Below are positions 51,363-61,704 of a DNA stretch of 64,000 nucleotides, piece by piece. The DNA lies in NCBI GenBank assembly GCA_964291215.2, contig OZ219791.1:1539200-1603199 (forward strand). Reading direction: 5' to 3'. Source of the stretch: Alphaproteobacteria bacterium. Lineage in GTDB: Bacteria; Pseudomonadota; Alphaproteobacteria; MPNO01; UBA830. Both the position numbers and the translations under genes were made by a program. Position 1 is the stretch's first letter. Each line of letters starts with the position of its first letter. A model generated the notes under the pieces. The model had not been told where the DNA came from. It made no database searches and saw only the letters and a list, made by a program, of their open reading frames with translations.

Positions 51363-51474
51363 GGCTGGCAATGGACTCGTCCGCTAGGTGCATGTTGCAC
51401 GCGCCGGGTTGACAGGGCAGGGCTGACCGGTCAGTCTCCCCAAGAGGCACCACACAGGCATCCGGAGAACCTCC

Positions 51475-51642
51475 ATGGCCAAGGCCAACACGATCCTCGT
51501 CAAGCTCGTGAGCACCGCCGACACGGGCTATTTCTATGTCGCCAAAAAGAACCCGAGGACCCGGACGGAGAAGCTTGAATTCCGCAAGTTCGACCCGGTC
51601 GCGCGCAAGCATGTGGTCTTCAAGGAAGCGCGGATCAAGTAA
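51475..51642 (+). CDS. rpmG: 50S ribosomal protein L33
   Basis: Hand-translated as [55 protein letters not shown] (55 aa). GGAGAACC lies upstream. Too short for the ORF track. Confidence 0.93.
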   Translation: MAKANTILVKLVSTADTGYFYVAKKNPRTRTEKLEFRKFDPVARKHVVFKEARIK

Positions 51643-51714
51643 CCGCCCGGATCCGCGCTGCCCGGCAGGGTGCCGGCGCGAACCATCCCGCATTTCCCTC
51701 GCGTCGTCCGGCAG

Positions 51715-53733
51715 TCACGCCGAACCTGTCTTCCGTTCCCGTCGCCTGCCGTCCAAAACCGAAAACACCATCGACCCAGTAAGGCCGTTCGCCTCCTCGA
51801 GGCGCACGGCGATGCGGTCTCCGACAGCGTGGACAGCGCCGGTCCGGCGTCCAACGAGTCCCTTCTCTTCGAACATGTCGAACCGTTCGTCCCCAAGCAT
51901 CGACATCGGCACGAAACCGGAGGCGCCTGTCCGTTCGAGGGTGACGAACAGCCCTGCGCGGTGAATGCCGCTGACGACGGCTGCAAACTCCGCCAGATCC
52001 CGCCCTTCCATGTGCATTGCGGCGTAGCGATCGGCAACGCCGCGTTCGGCGTCGGCGGCGCGGCGTTCTGTCATCGAGAGATGCTGGCCAAGCTCCTCCA
52101 GGCGGACAACGGACCCCGAAGTCTCCGGTTCGTCTTCGAAATCGAGCGCACAGAGCAGCGACCTGTGCACCACGAGATCGGCGTAGCGTCGAATCGGCGA
52201 CGTGAAGTGCGCGTACCGCCTGAGCCCGAGCCCGAAATGCCCGATATTCTCGGGGCCGTACTCGGCCTGGCTCTGGCTTCGGAGGATCGCCATGTTGACC
52301 AGGGGCGCGGCAGACGTGCCGGCCACCCGGTCAAGGATGTGACGAAATACGGGCGGCTGCCGGACCTGCCGGGCCACAACGATGCCCAATGGCCGGAGCA
52401 TCCGCGCCAGCTCCTCGAGTTTCCGTTTCGACGGCTGGTCGTGAACGCGGTATATGCAGGGCGCCCTGAGGCTTTCCAGGGTTTCCGCAGCGGCGACATT
52501 GGCCGCAATCATGAATTCCTCGATCAGCCGGTGGCTATCGAGCCGGACCTCGGGCGCAATCTCCCGCACATTGCCGTCCCCATCCAGTTCGACCCGAAAC
52601 CCGGGCACGTCGAGATCCAGCGCGCCACGGGCGTCCCTGGCCTTCGAGAGCGCGCCGAAGGCGCCATAAAGAGACGTGATCAGATCTTCCGAGATCGGCA
52701 ATCCGGCCAGCCCTTCTCCCCGCCGCGCCGCATCTACCTGCTCGTAGGTCAGACGCGCGATAGAGCGCATGACCGCACGGCGGAATGTGTGGTCGAGCAG
52801 TCGGCCTTCGGCATCTATCCGGATGTCGGCTGCGATGCAGCCGCGATCCTCACCGGGGACGAGCGAGCAGAGCCCGTTGGAGAGGGCCTCGGGAAGCATC
52901 GGTACCACGCGGTCGGGAAAGTACACCGAATTGCCGCGCTCCCTTGCAGAGACATCCAGCGCGGTACCGGGACGCACGTACCATGCGACATCGGCGATCG
53001 CGACGACAATGCGCCAACCGCCGGGATTGTCGGGATCGTCATCGGGTGCAGCCCATACCGCGTCGTCGAAATCCCGGGCATCGCTGCCGTCTATGGTAAC
53101 CAGAGGCAGCGCCCTGAGATCCATCCTGCCGTCGTTCGGCACCGGCGTTGCGGCTGCCGCTGCCGCGAGGGCCGCTTCGGAGAACTCCGTCGGGATCCCC
53201 CTGGCGTGGATCTCGATCAGGCTCGGTGGCACCGGGCCGCCGCCGGGCGCCGCGCACTCGACGATCCTCGCCTTCGGCCGGCAGTGGCGGCCTGCCGCCG
53301 GTTCGACCCAGACCAGGGCACCGTCCCCGATTCCGACTGCTGAATTCGGCGCCACGGCATACTCCGTGCGATGCCGCCGTTCGACCGGCCAGACCCAGCC
53401 GGCCCGTCCGTCCGGGCTGCATTCGAAGATCCCGAGCAGCCGGTCTTGGGCGGTTCCGAACCTCCTGATGATCCGGGCTGTATAGATTCCGTCGCCGTCC
53501 GGGAACAGGCGGGCGAGCATGCGGTCGCCGACGCCGGGCGCCGGAGGCGGTTCCCGGGGATCAAGCCGGATCACGGGCGCAGGGTCCCGCCGATCCCACT
53601 TCACCGGCCGGGCGATCGGCTCGCCATCCTCGTCGAGCCTGTCGATCTCGATGACCGTGACCGGGGGCGGGCCGCCGCGGCTTTCTGACCTCGAGGCCCC
53701 AGAGCGACGATTTACCAATGAGTGCCTGCGCAT
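51715..53733 (-). CDS. rnr: ribonuclease R
   Basis: RNB catalytic region (TIDGSDARDFDDAVWA) and a C-terminal S1-like domain. Start set at ATG 53733, the first ATG that does not overlap topA. The start is uncertain. Confidence 0.85.
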   Translation of the reverse strand: MRRHSLVNRRSGASRSESRGGPPPVTVIEIDRLDEDGEPIARPVKWDRRDPAPVIRLDPREPPPAPGVGDRMLARLFPDGDGIYTARIIRRFGTAQDRLLGIFECSPDGRAGWVWPVERRHRTEYAVAPNSAVGIGDGALVWVEPAAGRHCRPKARIVECAAPGGGPVPPSLIEIHARGIPTEFSEAALAAAAAATPVPNDGRMDLRALPLVTIDGSDARDFDDAVWAAPDDDPDNPGGWRIVVAIADVAWYVRPGTALDVSARERGNSVYFPDRVVPMLPEALSNGLCSLVPGEDRGCIAADIRIDAEGRLLDHTFRRAVMRSIARLTYEQVDAARRGEGLAGLPISEDLITSLYGAFGALSKARDARGALDLDVPGFRVELDGDGNVREIAPEVRLDSHRLIEEFMIAANVAAAETLESLRAPCIYRVHDQPSKRKLEELARMLRPLGIVVARQVRQPPVFRHILDRVAGTSAAPLVNMAILRSQSQAEYGPENIGHFGLGLRRYAHFTSPIRRYADLVVHRSLLCALDFEDEPETSGSVVRLEELGQHLSMTERRAADAERGVADRYAAMHMEGRDLAEFAAVVSGIHRAGLFVTLERTGASGFVPMSMLGDERFDMFEEKGLVGRRTGAVHAVGDRIAVRLEEANGLTGSMVFSVLDGRRRERKTGSA

Positions 53734-53789
53734 GAGGGTCCTGTCCGATCGGACAACGTGGGAACGGCGCGAGAGTGCAGAGCCCCCGG

Positions 53790-56420
53790 TCAGGCTTCTT
53801 TCGACCGGGTGCGCGAAGCAGTCTTCCCGCGGCTGCCGGTACGGCGGCCGGCTTTCGTGCCTGCGCGAAATGCGTGGCCGTTTCCGGCCTTGGCCGTGGC
53901 CCGCGCCGCCAGCCATTCGACGGCCTGTTCGAGGGTCACGGATTCGGGTTCGACGCCCAAGGGCAACGAGGCATTGATCTTGCCGTGCTTGACATACGGT
54001 CCGTAGCGGCCGTCCCGCAGCTCCACCGGCTTGCCGTCGTCCGGATGGTCGCCGATCGGGGTTCCGGCGGATTTGCGCGGGCCCTTTTTCGGCGTTTCGG
54101 CACAGATCGTCACCGCCCGGTTGAGGCCGATCGAGAGCACGTCGTCGTCGCCTCCAAGCTTCACGTAGCTGTCGCCGTGCTTGAGATAGGGACCGTACCG
54201 TCCGAAACCGGCGACGATCATCTGCCCGGTTTCCGGGTGTTTGCCGACTTCGCGGGGCAGGCTCAGAAGGGCCAGCGCATGGGCGAGGTCGACATCGGCA
54301 GGCTGGGTTCCCGGCATCAGGGACTGGCGCTTCGGCTTCTTCTTCGATCCCTTCACGGCCTCGCCGGCCTGGATGTAGAGCCCATAGGGCCCGTTCCGCA
54401 GCGTTACCGGCAGCCCGGTTTCGGGATCGTCGCCGAGATGCCTCGGGCCCTCATGTCCCGCGACGGCCTCGGGATTACCCGTGTACACCGCCAGCACGGC
54501 CGTGTATTGGCATTCGGGATAGTTCGAACATCCGATGAAGCCGCCCTTGGCACTCGGTTTCAGCCCGAGACGGCCATCCTCGCAGACCGGGCATTTCCGG
54601 GGGTTGTCGCCCCCCTCGGGCACAGGGAAGAAATGCGCGCCGAGCTCCTCATCGAGCTTGTCGATCACTTCGCTGATGCGCAGCCCCGACGTGTCGTTGA
54701 CGGCGGCCTCGAAAGCGGTCCAGAACTCACGGAGCAGGTTCTTCCACTCCACGTTGCCGTTCGAGACATCGTCGAGCCGGTTTTCGAGATCTGCCGTGAA
54801 ATCGTACTCGACATAGCGGCGGAAGAACTCTGTCAGAAACGCCGTCACCAGCCGCCCGCGGTCGCTGGGAACGAATCTCCGATTTTCCAGTTCGACATAA
54901 TCCCGGTCCTGCAGGACCTGAAGTATGGTGGCGTAGGTCGAGGGGCGCCCGATGCCGAGCTCCTCAAGACGCTTGACCAGGCTCGCCTCGCCATAGCGCG
55001 GCGGCGGCTTTGTAAAATGCTGTTCCGGTGCCACCTCGCCGCGCGCGACCGGGTCGCCTTCGGACATCGGCGGCAGGATGCGTTCCTTGTCGCCGTCGTC
55101 CCCCTTCTGCCCGTCGGATTCCCGATCCCCGGTCCCTTCCAGATAGAGCTTCATGAAGCCGTCGAACTTCACGACCATGCCGTTGGCGCGCAGGACCATG
55201 TCGTCGCCCGGCGACGCGATGTCGACGGCTGTCTGTTCGAGGACGGCATTCTTCATCTGGCTCGCGATAGTGCGTTTCCAGATGAGCTCGTAGAGTCTGG
55301 CCTCGTCGTCGGGGAGACGACCGGAAATCTGCGACGGGTGGCGCCCGCAATTCGTTGGCCGGATCGCCTCGTGCGCCTCCTGTGCGTTCCGCGCCCTATT
55401 GCGGTAGCGATTGGGTTCCTCGGGGATGTAGTTATGGCCGTATTCGCTGCCGATCACGGCGCGGGCGGAGAGTATCGCCTCCTGTGACAGGTTCACGCTG
55501 TCCGTGCGCATGTAGCTGATGAGCCCAACTGTCTCGCCGCCGAGCGGCACGCCTTCATAGAGGCGCTGGGCCGTGCGCATGGTCCGCGTCGCGCCGAAAC
55601 CGAGCTTGCGCGACGCCTCCTGCTGCAGGGTCGAGGTGGTGAACGGCGGCGCGGCGCGGCGCTGGACGATCTTGCGCTCGATCCTGCCGACGGAAAACTC
55701 CCGGCTCATGATCCGCTTGACCGCGGCCTGCGCCGCCGCTTCGTCGGCGAGGTCGTAGCGGTCGAGTTTCCTACCGTCGAGATGGGTTAGCCGCGCCGTC
55801 ACCGGATTTCCGTCGACCGTCCGGAAGACGGCTTCGACCGTCCAGTACTCGCGCGCCTTGAAAACCTCTATCTCGCCTTCACGCTCGCAGATTAGTCGCA
55901 GCGCAACAGACTGAACTCGACCCGCGGATTTCGATCCGGGCAGCTTGCGCCACAGCACTGGCGACAGTGTGAAACCCACCAGGTAGTCGAGCGCCCGGCG
56001 CGCCAGATAGGCGTCTATGAGGGCCTGGTTGAGTTCCCGCGGATTTGCCACCGCATTGGTCACCGCGTTCCGCGTAACCTCGTGAAACACCACGCGCTTG
56101 ACGTCGACGCCGTCGAGGATGTTGCGCTCGTCGAGAATTCGGTGGACATGCCAGGAAATCGCCTCTCCTTCCCGGTCGGGATCGGTGGCGAGATAGAGAT
56201 GTTCGGCACCTTTTGCGGCATCGGCAATGGCCCCGAGGGTCTTTTCCGCACCGGGATTGATGCGCCAGTGCATCCGGAAGTCCTCGTCGGGCAGGACCGA
56301 TCCGTCGGTCGGCGAGAGATCGCGCACATGCCCATAGGTGGCCAGCACGGTGTAGTTCCGTCCCAGGTACCTGTTGATGGTCTTGGCCTTGGCGGGGGAT
56401 TCTACGAGAACGACATCCAT
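53790..56420 (-). CDS. topA: DNA topoisomerase I
   Basis: 876 aa with a Toprim N-terminus (MDVVLVESPAKAKTINRYLG), the type IA core and C-terminal zinc-ribbon-like repeats (CPVCEDG..., GCSNYPEC). Confidence 0.96.
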   Translation of the reverse strand: MDVVLVESPAKAKTINRYLGRNYTVLATYGHVRDLSPTDGSVLPDEDFRMHWRINPGAEKTLGAIADAAKGAEHLYLATDPDREGEAISWHVHRILDERNILDGVDVKRVVFHEVTRNAVTNAVANPRELNQALIDAYLARRALDYLVGFTLSPVLWRKLPGSKSAGRVQSVALRLICEREGEIEVFKAREYWTVEAVFRTVDGNPVTARLTHLDGRKLDRYDLADEAAAQAAVKRIMSREFSVGRIERKIVQRRAAPPFTTSTLQQEASRKLGFGATRTMRTAQRLYEGVPLGGETVGLISYMRTDSVNLSQEAILSARAVIGSEYGHNYIPEEPNRYRNRARNAQEAHEAIRPTNCGRHPSQISGRLPDDEARLYELIWKRTIASQMKNAVLEQTAVDIASPGDDMVLRANGMVVKFDGFMKLYLEGTGDRESDGQKGDDGDKERILPPMSEGDPVARGEVAPEQHFTKPPPRYGEASLVKRLEELGIGRPSTYATILQVLQDRDYVELENRRFVPSDRGRLVTAFLTEFFRRYVEYDFTADLENRLDDVSNGNVEWKNLLREFWTAFEAAVNDTSGLRISEVIDKLDEELGAHFFPVPEGGDNPRKCPVCEDGRLGLKPSAKGGFIGCSNYPECQYTAVLAVYTGNPEAVAGHEGPRHLGDDPETGLPVTLRNGPYGLYIQAGEAVKGSKKKPKRQSLMPGTQPADVDLAHALALLSLPREVGKHPETGQMIVAGFGRYGPYLKHGDSYVKLGGDDDVLSIGLNRAVTICAETPKKGPRKSAGTPIGDHPDDGKPVELRDGRYGPYVKHGKINASLPLGVEPESVTLEQAVEWLAARATAKAGNGHAFRAGTKAGRRTGSRGKTASRTRSKEA

Positions 56421-56702
56421 TGCGGCGAACCAGACAGTTGGAGAACGGCGAGCGATCCGGGAAAGTCCTGGACGCGATTCCCGGATGCAAGGCTCGGGCA
56501 GCGGACTGCGACATCCGCATCTGACGGGAATCTTGCCGAGCGAACCGGGCGGTCAATACAGGGAAAATGGGAAGTTTGCAACAATGGACAGGGCGGATAC
56601 ACGGTGATCCCACGCTAGGTTTGTTGGAAGGGTCGGTTTTGCTTGTTCAGGATGATTCGCATTTTCGCTGGCTTTTTGTGAAGCGGCGTAGTATCCGTTG
56701 TC

Positions 56703-57230
56703 GTGGAGGCAGCGGATTTTTTTGAGACGGCTCCGGAGGGTTTTGTGCTCCGGGATGTGGTTGTGCGCCTTGCGCGGCCTGGTGCCGCTGGAATCGTGTC
56801 GTTGACCGTATCTTGGTTTCAAGCAGTTTGCCGGTCGAGGTCTGCGCTACGTGTTCACCTGGCGCGGGCGGTGGATTGGTGCTGCGGGCTGGCAGACGGG
56901 CACCCTCAGCTGCGCACCCGTTGGATTGGCTGGCGCCGCGAGGAACAGTTCAGGCGGTTGCCGGGAACAACACGAGGTTTGTTGTTCCTGGTGGTCGTTT
57001 CCGGGCCTTGCCTCGTTTGCGTTGTCGCGGATGGTGCGGCGGCGACTGGGAGGCTGCCGTTGCTTGTTGCGGAGAAGTTTGTCTCGCCGACGAAGTTCAG
57101 CGGCACCATGTACAAGGTGGCGAACCGGGAGTGCGCTGGCAGGAGCCATGCGCGCGCCAGCGGGCGCCATGCCGACCGGCACGGGGAGGCGAAGGATCCT
57201 TACGTATTTCCGCTGCGTCGTGACGCGGGA
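56703..57230 (+). pseudogene. DUF4338 (DruA-like) gene, frameshifted
   Basis: Blocks are spread over at least two frames: RTRWIGWRREEQFRRL, NNTRFVV and LLVAEKFVSPTKFSGTMYKVANRECAGRSH...HGEAKDPYVFPLRRDA. Confidence 0.5.
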
Positions 57231-57239
57231 TCGTTCGCT

Positions 57240-59400
57240 GCTTCCTGCGGCGTGGGAGTTGCGGGCGCCGCTGGTCGGCGCAGGAGTTGCGCTCGATTTA
57301 TCAGCACTTCGGGGCGCTTTCCGGCGCGCGCAGGGGCATCGCCTCGGTACTGTGCGTGATGGCGCGGCTTGCGAACCGGCGCGGTGGCGCACTACGACGC
57401 AGAAGAAGCTGGAGCAGCGTGGAAGAACAGGGACAAGCCGGTCTCCACCGTGCACCGGGTGCTACCGACCCGGGATGGATTGAGGACGCGGCGCGCAGCC
57501 GCAGGTCGGCAACGCGGTCGACGGCAAGCGCACCGGCGAGGATCATTACGAGACGGTCTCGCTGGCCGGTATTCGATCCTCAACTGTCACGGCGGGGAGA
57601 TCGCTGCCGTCCACGCCGCGACGGCCGTCTGCTCACCCTCGACGCGCTCCACACCACCCGCGAGGCTGATCATCGAGACCCATCGCGCGGACTGATGGTC
57701 AAGGGCAACGCACCTTCGAGAGCATCAACTGGAAGACCGCCAACGCTACAACGAAAAGCCCGCGCATGGCCGCCAGCGCACCATTTTCACCCCGCTGGCG
57801 AAGATGATCAACTAGTCAAGCAGATCTTCCGCGTCACCCGGCGCGTCGAATTCAGGAAAACCGAACACGCCATATGACTAGGTTTTGTCCCCTTGATGAT
57901 GAAATCATCCACAGCGTTGGGGGCGGGAAAATGTGGATCTGTGGGAGAGCTATGGTTGCAGAGAGATTACGCTCCCCTGAGCGAACATGCACAGGGGAGC
58001 GGGGATCAAAGGATCTCCGCGGAGGTTGCCGTTTTGACCCTTGACAGAGCCGCGTCCGAGTTTGGCAACCTCCCTTGACGTCCCTCGCTGGATGCTTGGG
58101 TTTGAACCCGTATCATCGTAAGGCGAGGAGCGATGGTCAAGGTAGTAGCAGGGGTCAGCCAGTCTGGACATCTGGCGCATTGTTTTGCGAACGACGCCAC
58201 GGGCAGGTGGCTTCGCGGCCTCGGGGTGAGCCGGGTGGTGGGCGACAGGCCGCTATCACCACAAGGTTCACCAGTGTCTTCATGACCGGGGCTTCGAGGT
58301 TATTCTCGTCAACCCGTTGCGGGCGCTTCGCCGAGGCGATGGGCCAACCGCGTCGACGCCAAGATCGGCTGGGCGATCTTGAGCCTGTGGCTCCGCCTTC
58401 CTCAAGAGCCTGGAGGATCTCCTGGTGCCGCGCTTGTCGACGCCAAGCAGGTGGCAGATGAGGTGGATGGCGAGACCGTCACAAGGGCCTCAGCGGCCGA
58501 TCTCGATGACCGCATTGCCGGCGCGGCGATCAAAGCGGTGATCGCCGGTGATCCCGAGCAGAGGTACCCTGACCTCGATCCCCGGTCCGGTGACCGCCGC
58601 GGCCCTTCTGGATGCCCGAACTCGGCAGCGTCGGCAGCCTTGATCGGGGTGGCGCCAACGACCACGGTGCTCGGCATATCCGAGGCGGGCGCCGAAGGCC
58701 ACATGATCTCCTGTTCATGGCCGCGACCGGCCCGCTTCAACGCGGACCTGGTGCGCCTCAAGACTGCCGGCAAGCAAGGTCGCGATTGTCGCCGTGATGC
58801 GCAAGCTCTGGCGAACACCTTGCTGCGACAACAGCGTTGCCTGAAGCACCGGTGAGTGAGCGAAGGAGACACGGCCCTGCCGAGAGCGCGATCGGGACTG
58901 TATCGACAGTCTCCCTCTACGACACGACTTGGGGAGAATGTCTGCAGATCATCGTCGAGGCCGACATCGAGGAGATCGAACCGCCTTGGGACACCTGGAA
59001 CCCGGACGGTCACGTGCCCGGGGACGGCAAGGTAGCCGCGTTCACGTGACCAATGGACGGCAACCCGCCGCCGGGACCACAAGCTTCATGTCGCCTCGCT
59101 CGCAGAGCAAATCCCATACCGCTTGTGGACAACCACAGAAAACATCACCACAGACACCCGCAAAAACCTTGCCAAGAAACATGGATGCTCGGTCGAACGC
59201 GCCTCGCCGCAACAGTTGCTCGCATGGAATCGCGGACACTGGGTAGTCGAGAGCCATCATCATGTCCGCGATGCCACCTTCCGCGAAGACGACTCCATGC
59301 TCCGAACGCGTTCGCAAACAACGCGATCACCCTCGCAATCGCCGTCATCATCCACAACAAGCGCAAGCTGACCAAACCCTTCAACAGCTTCGTCGACACA
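57240..59400 (+). pseudogene. ISAs1-family (DDE_Tnp_1) transposase, frameshifted and split by an insertion
   Basis: The 5-prime part (57.24-57.89 kb) has VDGKR..., LTLDALHTTRE..., VKGNAP and QIFRVTR. The 3-prime part (59.1-59.4 kb) has ASPQQLLAWNRGHWVVESHHHVRDATFREDDS. Confidence 0.65.
57890..59100 (+). mobile_element. IS110-family remnant inserted in the ISAs1-like transposase gene (boundaries approximate)
   Basis: GAGGAG then ATG 58134. Fragments in several frames: FANDATG, VILVNPLRARRFAEAMGQ, IPGPVTAAALL and VAIVAVMRKL...ANTLLRQQRCL. Shorter than an intact IS110 transposase. Confidence 0.55.
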
Positions 59401-59693
59401 ACCATGCGGACAAGCGCAAGCAGGTCCTGCACGCAATCACGAGACCAGGCTGACCGCGCCTCTCTCCCCGACAGAAACCGCAAGCTTTCGAGCCCGACAA
59501 CCAAGGCCTCTCGCTTGCCCCGGATACGTCGACCAATCGCACCCCGCGCCGCAACAGCGCGTCAGCAAATCTCAAAATCGCAGCCTCGAACGCGTCGACC
59601 CGCGCCGCGATCAGGACTCCGATCACATCACATCAACAAGCATGGGATCATTTTGGGGCGGATACGCGGCGGGGCCTTGCGACGGGGGCCGCC

Positions 59694-61622
59694 TCAGATC
59701 GAGCCGATCGGCCAGGGAAGATTCACGAAGAGATGCTGCAGCAGTCCCCAGGGAAGATCGAGCGTCATCAGCCACGACAGGAACATCAGGACCGCGTCGG
59801 CCGCCAGCGTGAACAGGATCGTGCGCTGCCAGGTCGCCCTCGCCTCGATTCGCAGGAACGCGACGAAGAACACGTTGAGCGCAATGAAGAACCCGGTGAT
59901 CGCGGTCAGCAGCATCAGGGCGATCACAGGGACGAGATAGTACCAGATCCCTTTCTCGGGCGGAGCGAATGACCCGATGCCCGGCCGTTCCTCGTCATGG
60001 TTGAAGGTCGTCTCGCGGCCGCCGCTCCGCCAGATGCCAGCGAGGACGAAGCCGCTCAAGACCAGCATAACGACGGCGACGCCCATGGGAAACACGGCGC
60101 CCAGCATGCTGTGCCGCACCGAATCATAGAGCGCCCAGACAAAGACGAGGCCGACGAAACCGGCAAAGAGGAGCTGGGGGGTGAGTACCGCGGCATGAAC
60201 CGCGACAGCGTTTCCGGCATCCTTCGGCTGCGGCTTGCTGCGGGCTCCGAGAACGACGGAAACCACAATAATCGCCGCGATCACCAGGACGCCCGGACGG
60301 GTGAGGAAGCCCCACTCATGGAACTGGATCGCTTGGTAGAGATAGGTCTCCGCCTGGTCCGCGAGGACGAATCCGATGAGGAGCGCCGGGCGGGACCACC
60401 CGAATCGCTTCAGGCCGACGCCGAGGAAACCGATGAGGATCAGAAACACGAAATCCATCAGGTCGCGGCTCGCCTGGAATGCCGCGAACGAGATCACCAT
60501 CAGCATGAAGGGTGCGAGCAGGTGGTAGCGGATGGTCGTCAGCCGCGCGATCGCCGGTGACAGGAACAGGCACAGCCCGGCACCGACGACGTTGGCAAGC
60601 GCCAGCGTCCACACGATCGTGTAGGTGGTCGGAAGCTCTGCGGTCAGCAGCCGCGGCCCAGGCTCGAGCCCGATCAGGACGAGCCCGCCTATGAATACCG
60701 CCATCGACCCGGAGCCCGGGATGCCGAACAGCAGCGTGGGGATGAGGCCGCCGCCTTCCTTCGCGTTGTTGGCGGACTCCGGAGCGAGGACGCCGCGAAT
60801 GTCGCCGGTGCCGAACTGCGACTTGTCGCGCGCGGTCTGGACGACATGGCCGTAAGCGATCCAGTCGACCACGGATCCGCCCAGGCCCGGAATGGCTCCG
60901 ATCAGCGTGCCGATGCCGGCGCAACGCAGGCACAGCCACCGGTGCCGGATCATGTCCTTCAGACCGTCAAGCCAGCCCCGGCCCAGCGCCGCGCCGCTCG
61001 CGATTGTTCCAGACCTGCGAAGGAGGTCGATGACCTCGGGGAATGCGAAGATACCGAGGCCGATCACGACCAGCGGGATGCCGTCCGCCAGATAGTCGAC
61101 GCCGAGTGTCATCCGCCACTCACCGGTTGCCGGCGCGCCGCCGATCACGCCCATGACGAGACCGAGACCGCAGGACGCGACGCCCTTCCAGAGATTCCGG
61201 CCGGAAAGGACGCCGACCATCGAGATGCCGAGCACCGCCAGCATGAACAGTTCCGCCGAGGTAAAGAATAGGATGACGGGCTTGGCGACGAGCACGAAGA
61301 AGGTCAGAATCAGGGCGCCGAACAGCCCACCGAACAGCGAAGCCGAGAAGGCCGCGCCGAGGGCGCGGGCGGCCTCGCCCTTCTTGGCAAGCGGAAACCC
61401 GTCCAGCACCGTCGCCTGGGAGGCGGACGAGCCGGGTATGCCCATCAGCACCGAGGTGAAGGTGTCGGAGGTCGGAATGACCGCAACGAGACCGACCAGC
61501 ATGGCGAGCGCCGAGACCGCGTCCATGCCGTAGAGGAACGGGATCAGCAACGACAGGCCGACGATCCCGCCGAGCCCCGGAAACACGCCAACCACGAGCC
61601 CGAGAAGCACGCCCACCACCAT
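59694..61622 (-). CDS. tctA: tripartite tricarboxylate transporter permease TctA with a TctB-like C-terminal extension
   Basis: 642 aa, TctA-like through about residue 500 (GVFPGLGGIVGLSLLIPF...), then about 140 aa with four further TM segments. The conserved N-terminus continues upstream of the first ATG (see findings). Confidence 0.85.
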   Translation of the reverse strand: MVVGVLLGLVVGVFPGLGGIVGLSLLIPFLYGMDAVSALAMLVGLVAVIPTSDTFTSVLMGIPGSSASQATVLDGFPLAKKGEAARALGAAFSASLFGGLFGALILTFFVLVAKPVILFFTSAELFMLAVLGISMVGVLSGRNLWKGVASCGLGLVMGVIGGAPATGEWRMTLGVDYLADGIPLVVIGLGIFAFPEVIDLLRRSGTIASGAALGRGWLDGLKDMIRHRWLCLRCAGIGTLIGAIPGLGGSVVDWIAYGHVVQTARDKSQFGTGDIRGVLAPESANNAKEGGGLIPTLLFGIPGSGSMAVFIGGLVLIGLEPGPRLLTAELPTTYTIVWTLALANVVGAGLCLFLSPAIARLTTIRYHLLAPFMLMVISFAAFQASRDLMDFVFLILIGFLGVGLKRFGWSRPALLIGFVLADQAETYLYQAIQFHEWGFLTRPGVLVIAAIIVVSVVLGARSKPQPKDAGNAVAVHAAVLTPQLLFAGFVGLVFVWALYDSVRHSMLGAVFPMGVAVVMLVLSGFVLAGIWRSGGRETTFNHDEERPGIGSFAPPEKGIWYYLVPVIALMLLTAITGFFIALNVFFVAFLRIEARATWQRTILFTLAADAVLMFLSWLMTLDLPWGLLQHLFVNLPWPIGSI

Positions 61623-61704
61623 GAAGATCAGGTGCTGGGCGGTGAACAGGACCGTGAAGGCTTCGGCAAGCGCCTCGAAGATGGGACCCGTATCTCCGTG
61701 AGAG

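Larger units (their letters stand above)
56600..59655 (+). mobile_element. composite ISAs1-like element (3056 bp) carrying a DUF4338-like gene and an IS110 remnant
   Basis: Termini are CACGGTGATCCCACGCTA ... AAGCATGGGATCATTTTG. Perfect 9-bp direct repeats GGGCGGATA sit at 56591..56599 and 59656..59664. Confidence 0.8.

Noticed and set aside
47437-57230. DUF4338 (DruA-like) genes as evidence of a Druantia anti-phage system.
   Set aside because: Both copies are frameshifted fragments. No DruB-E-like genes are adjacent, in particular no large DUF1998 helicase. One copy lies inside the inverted repeats of a transposon.
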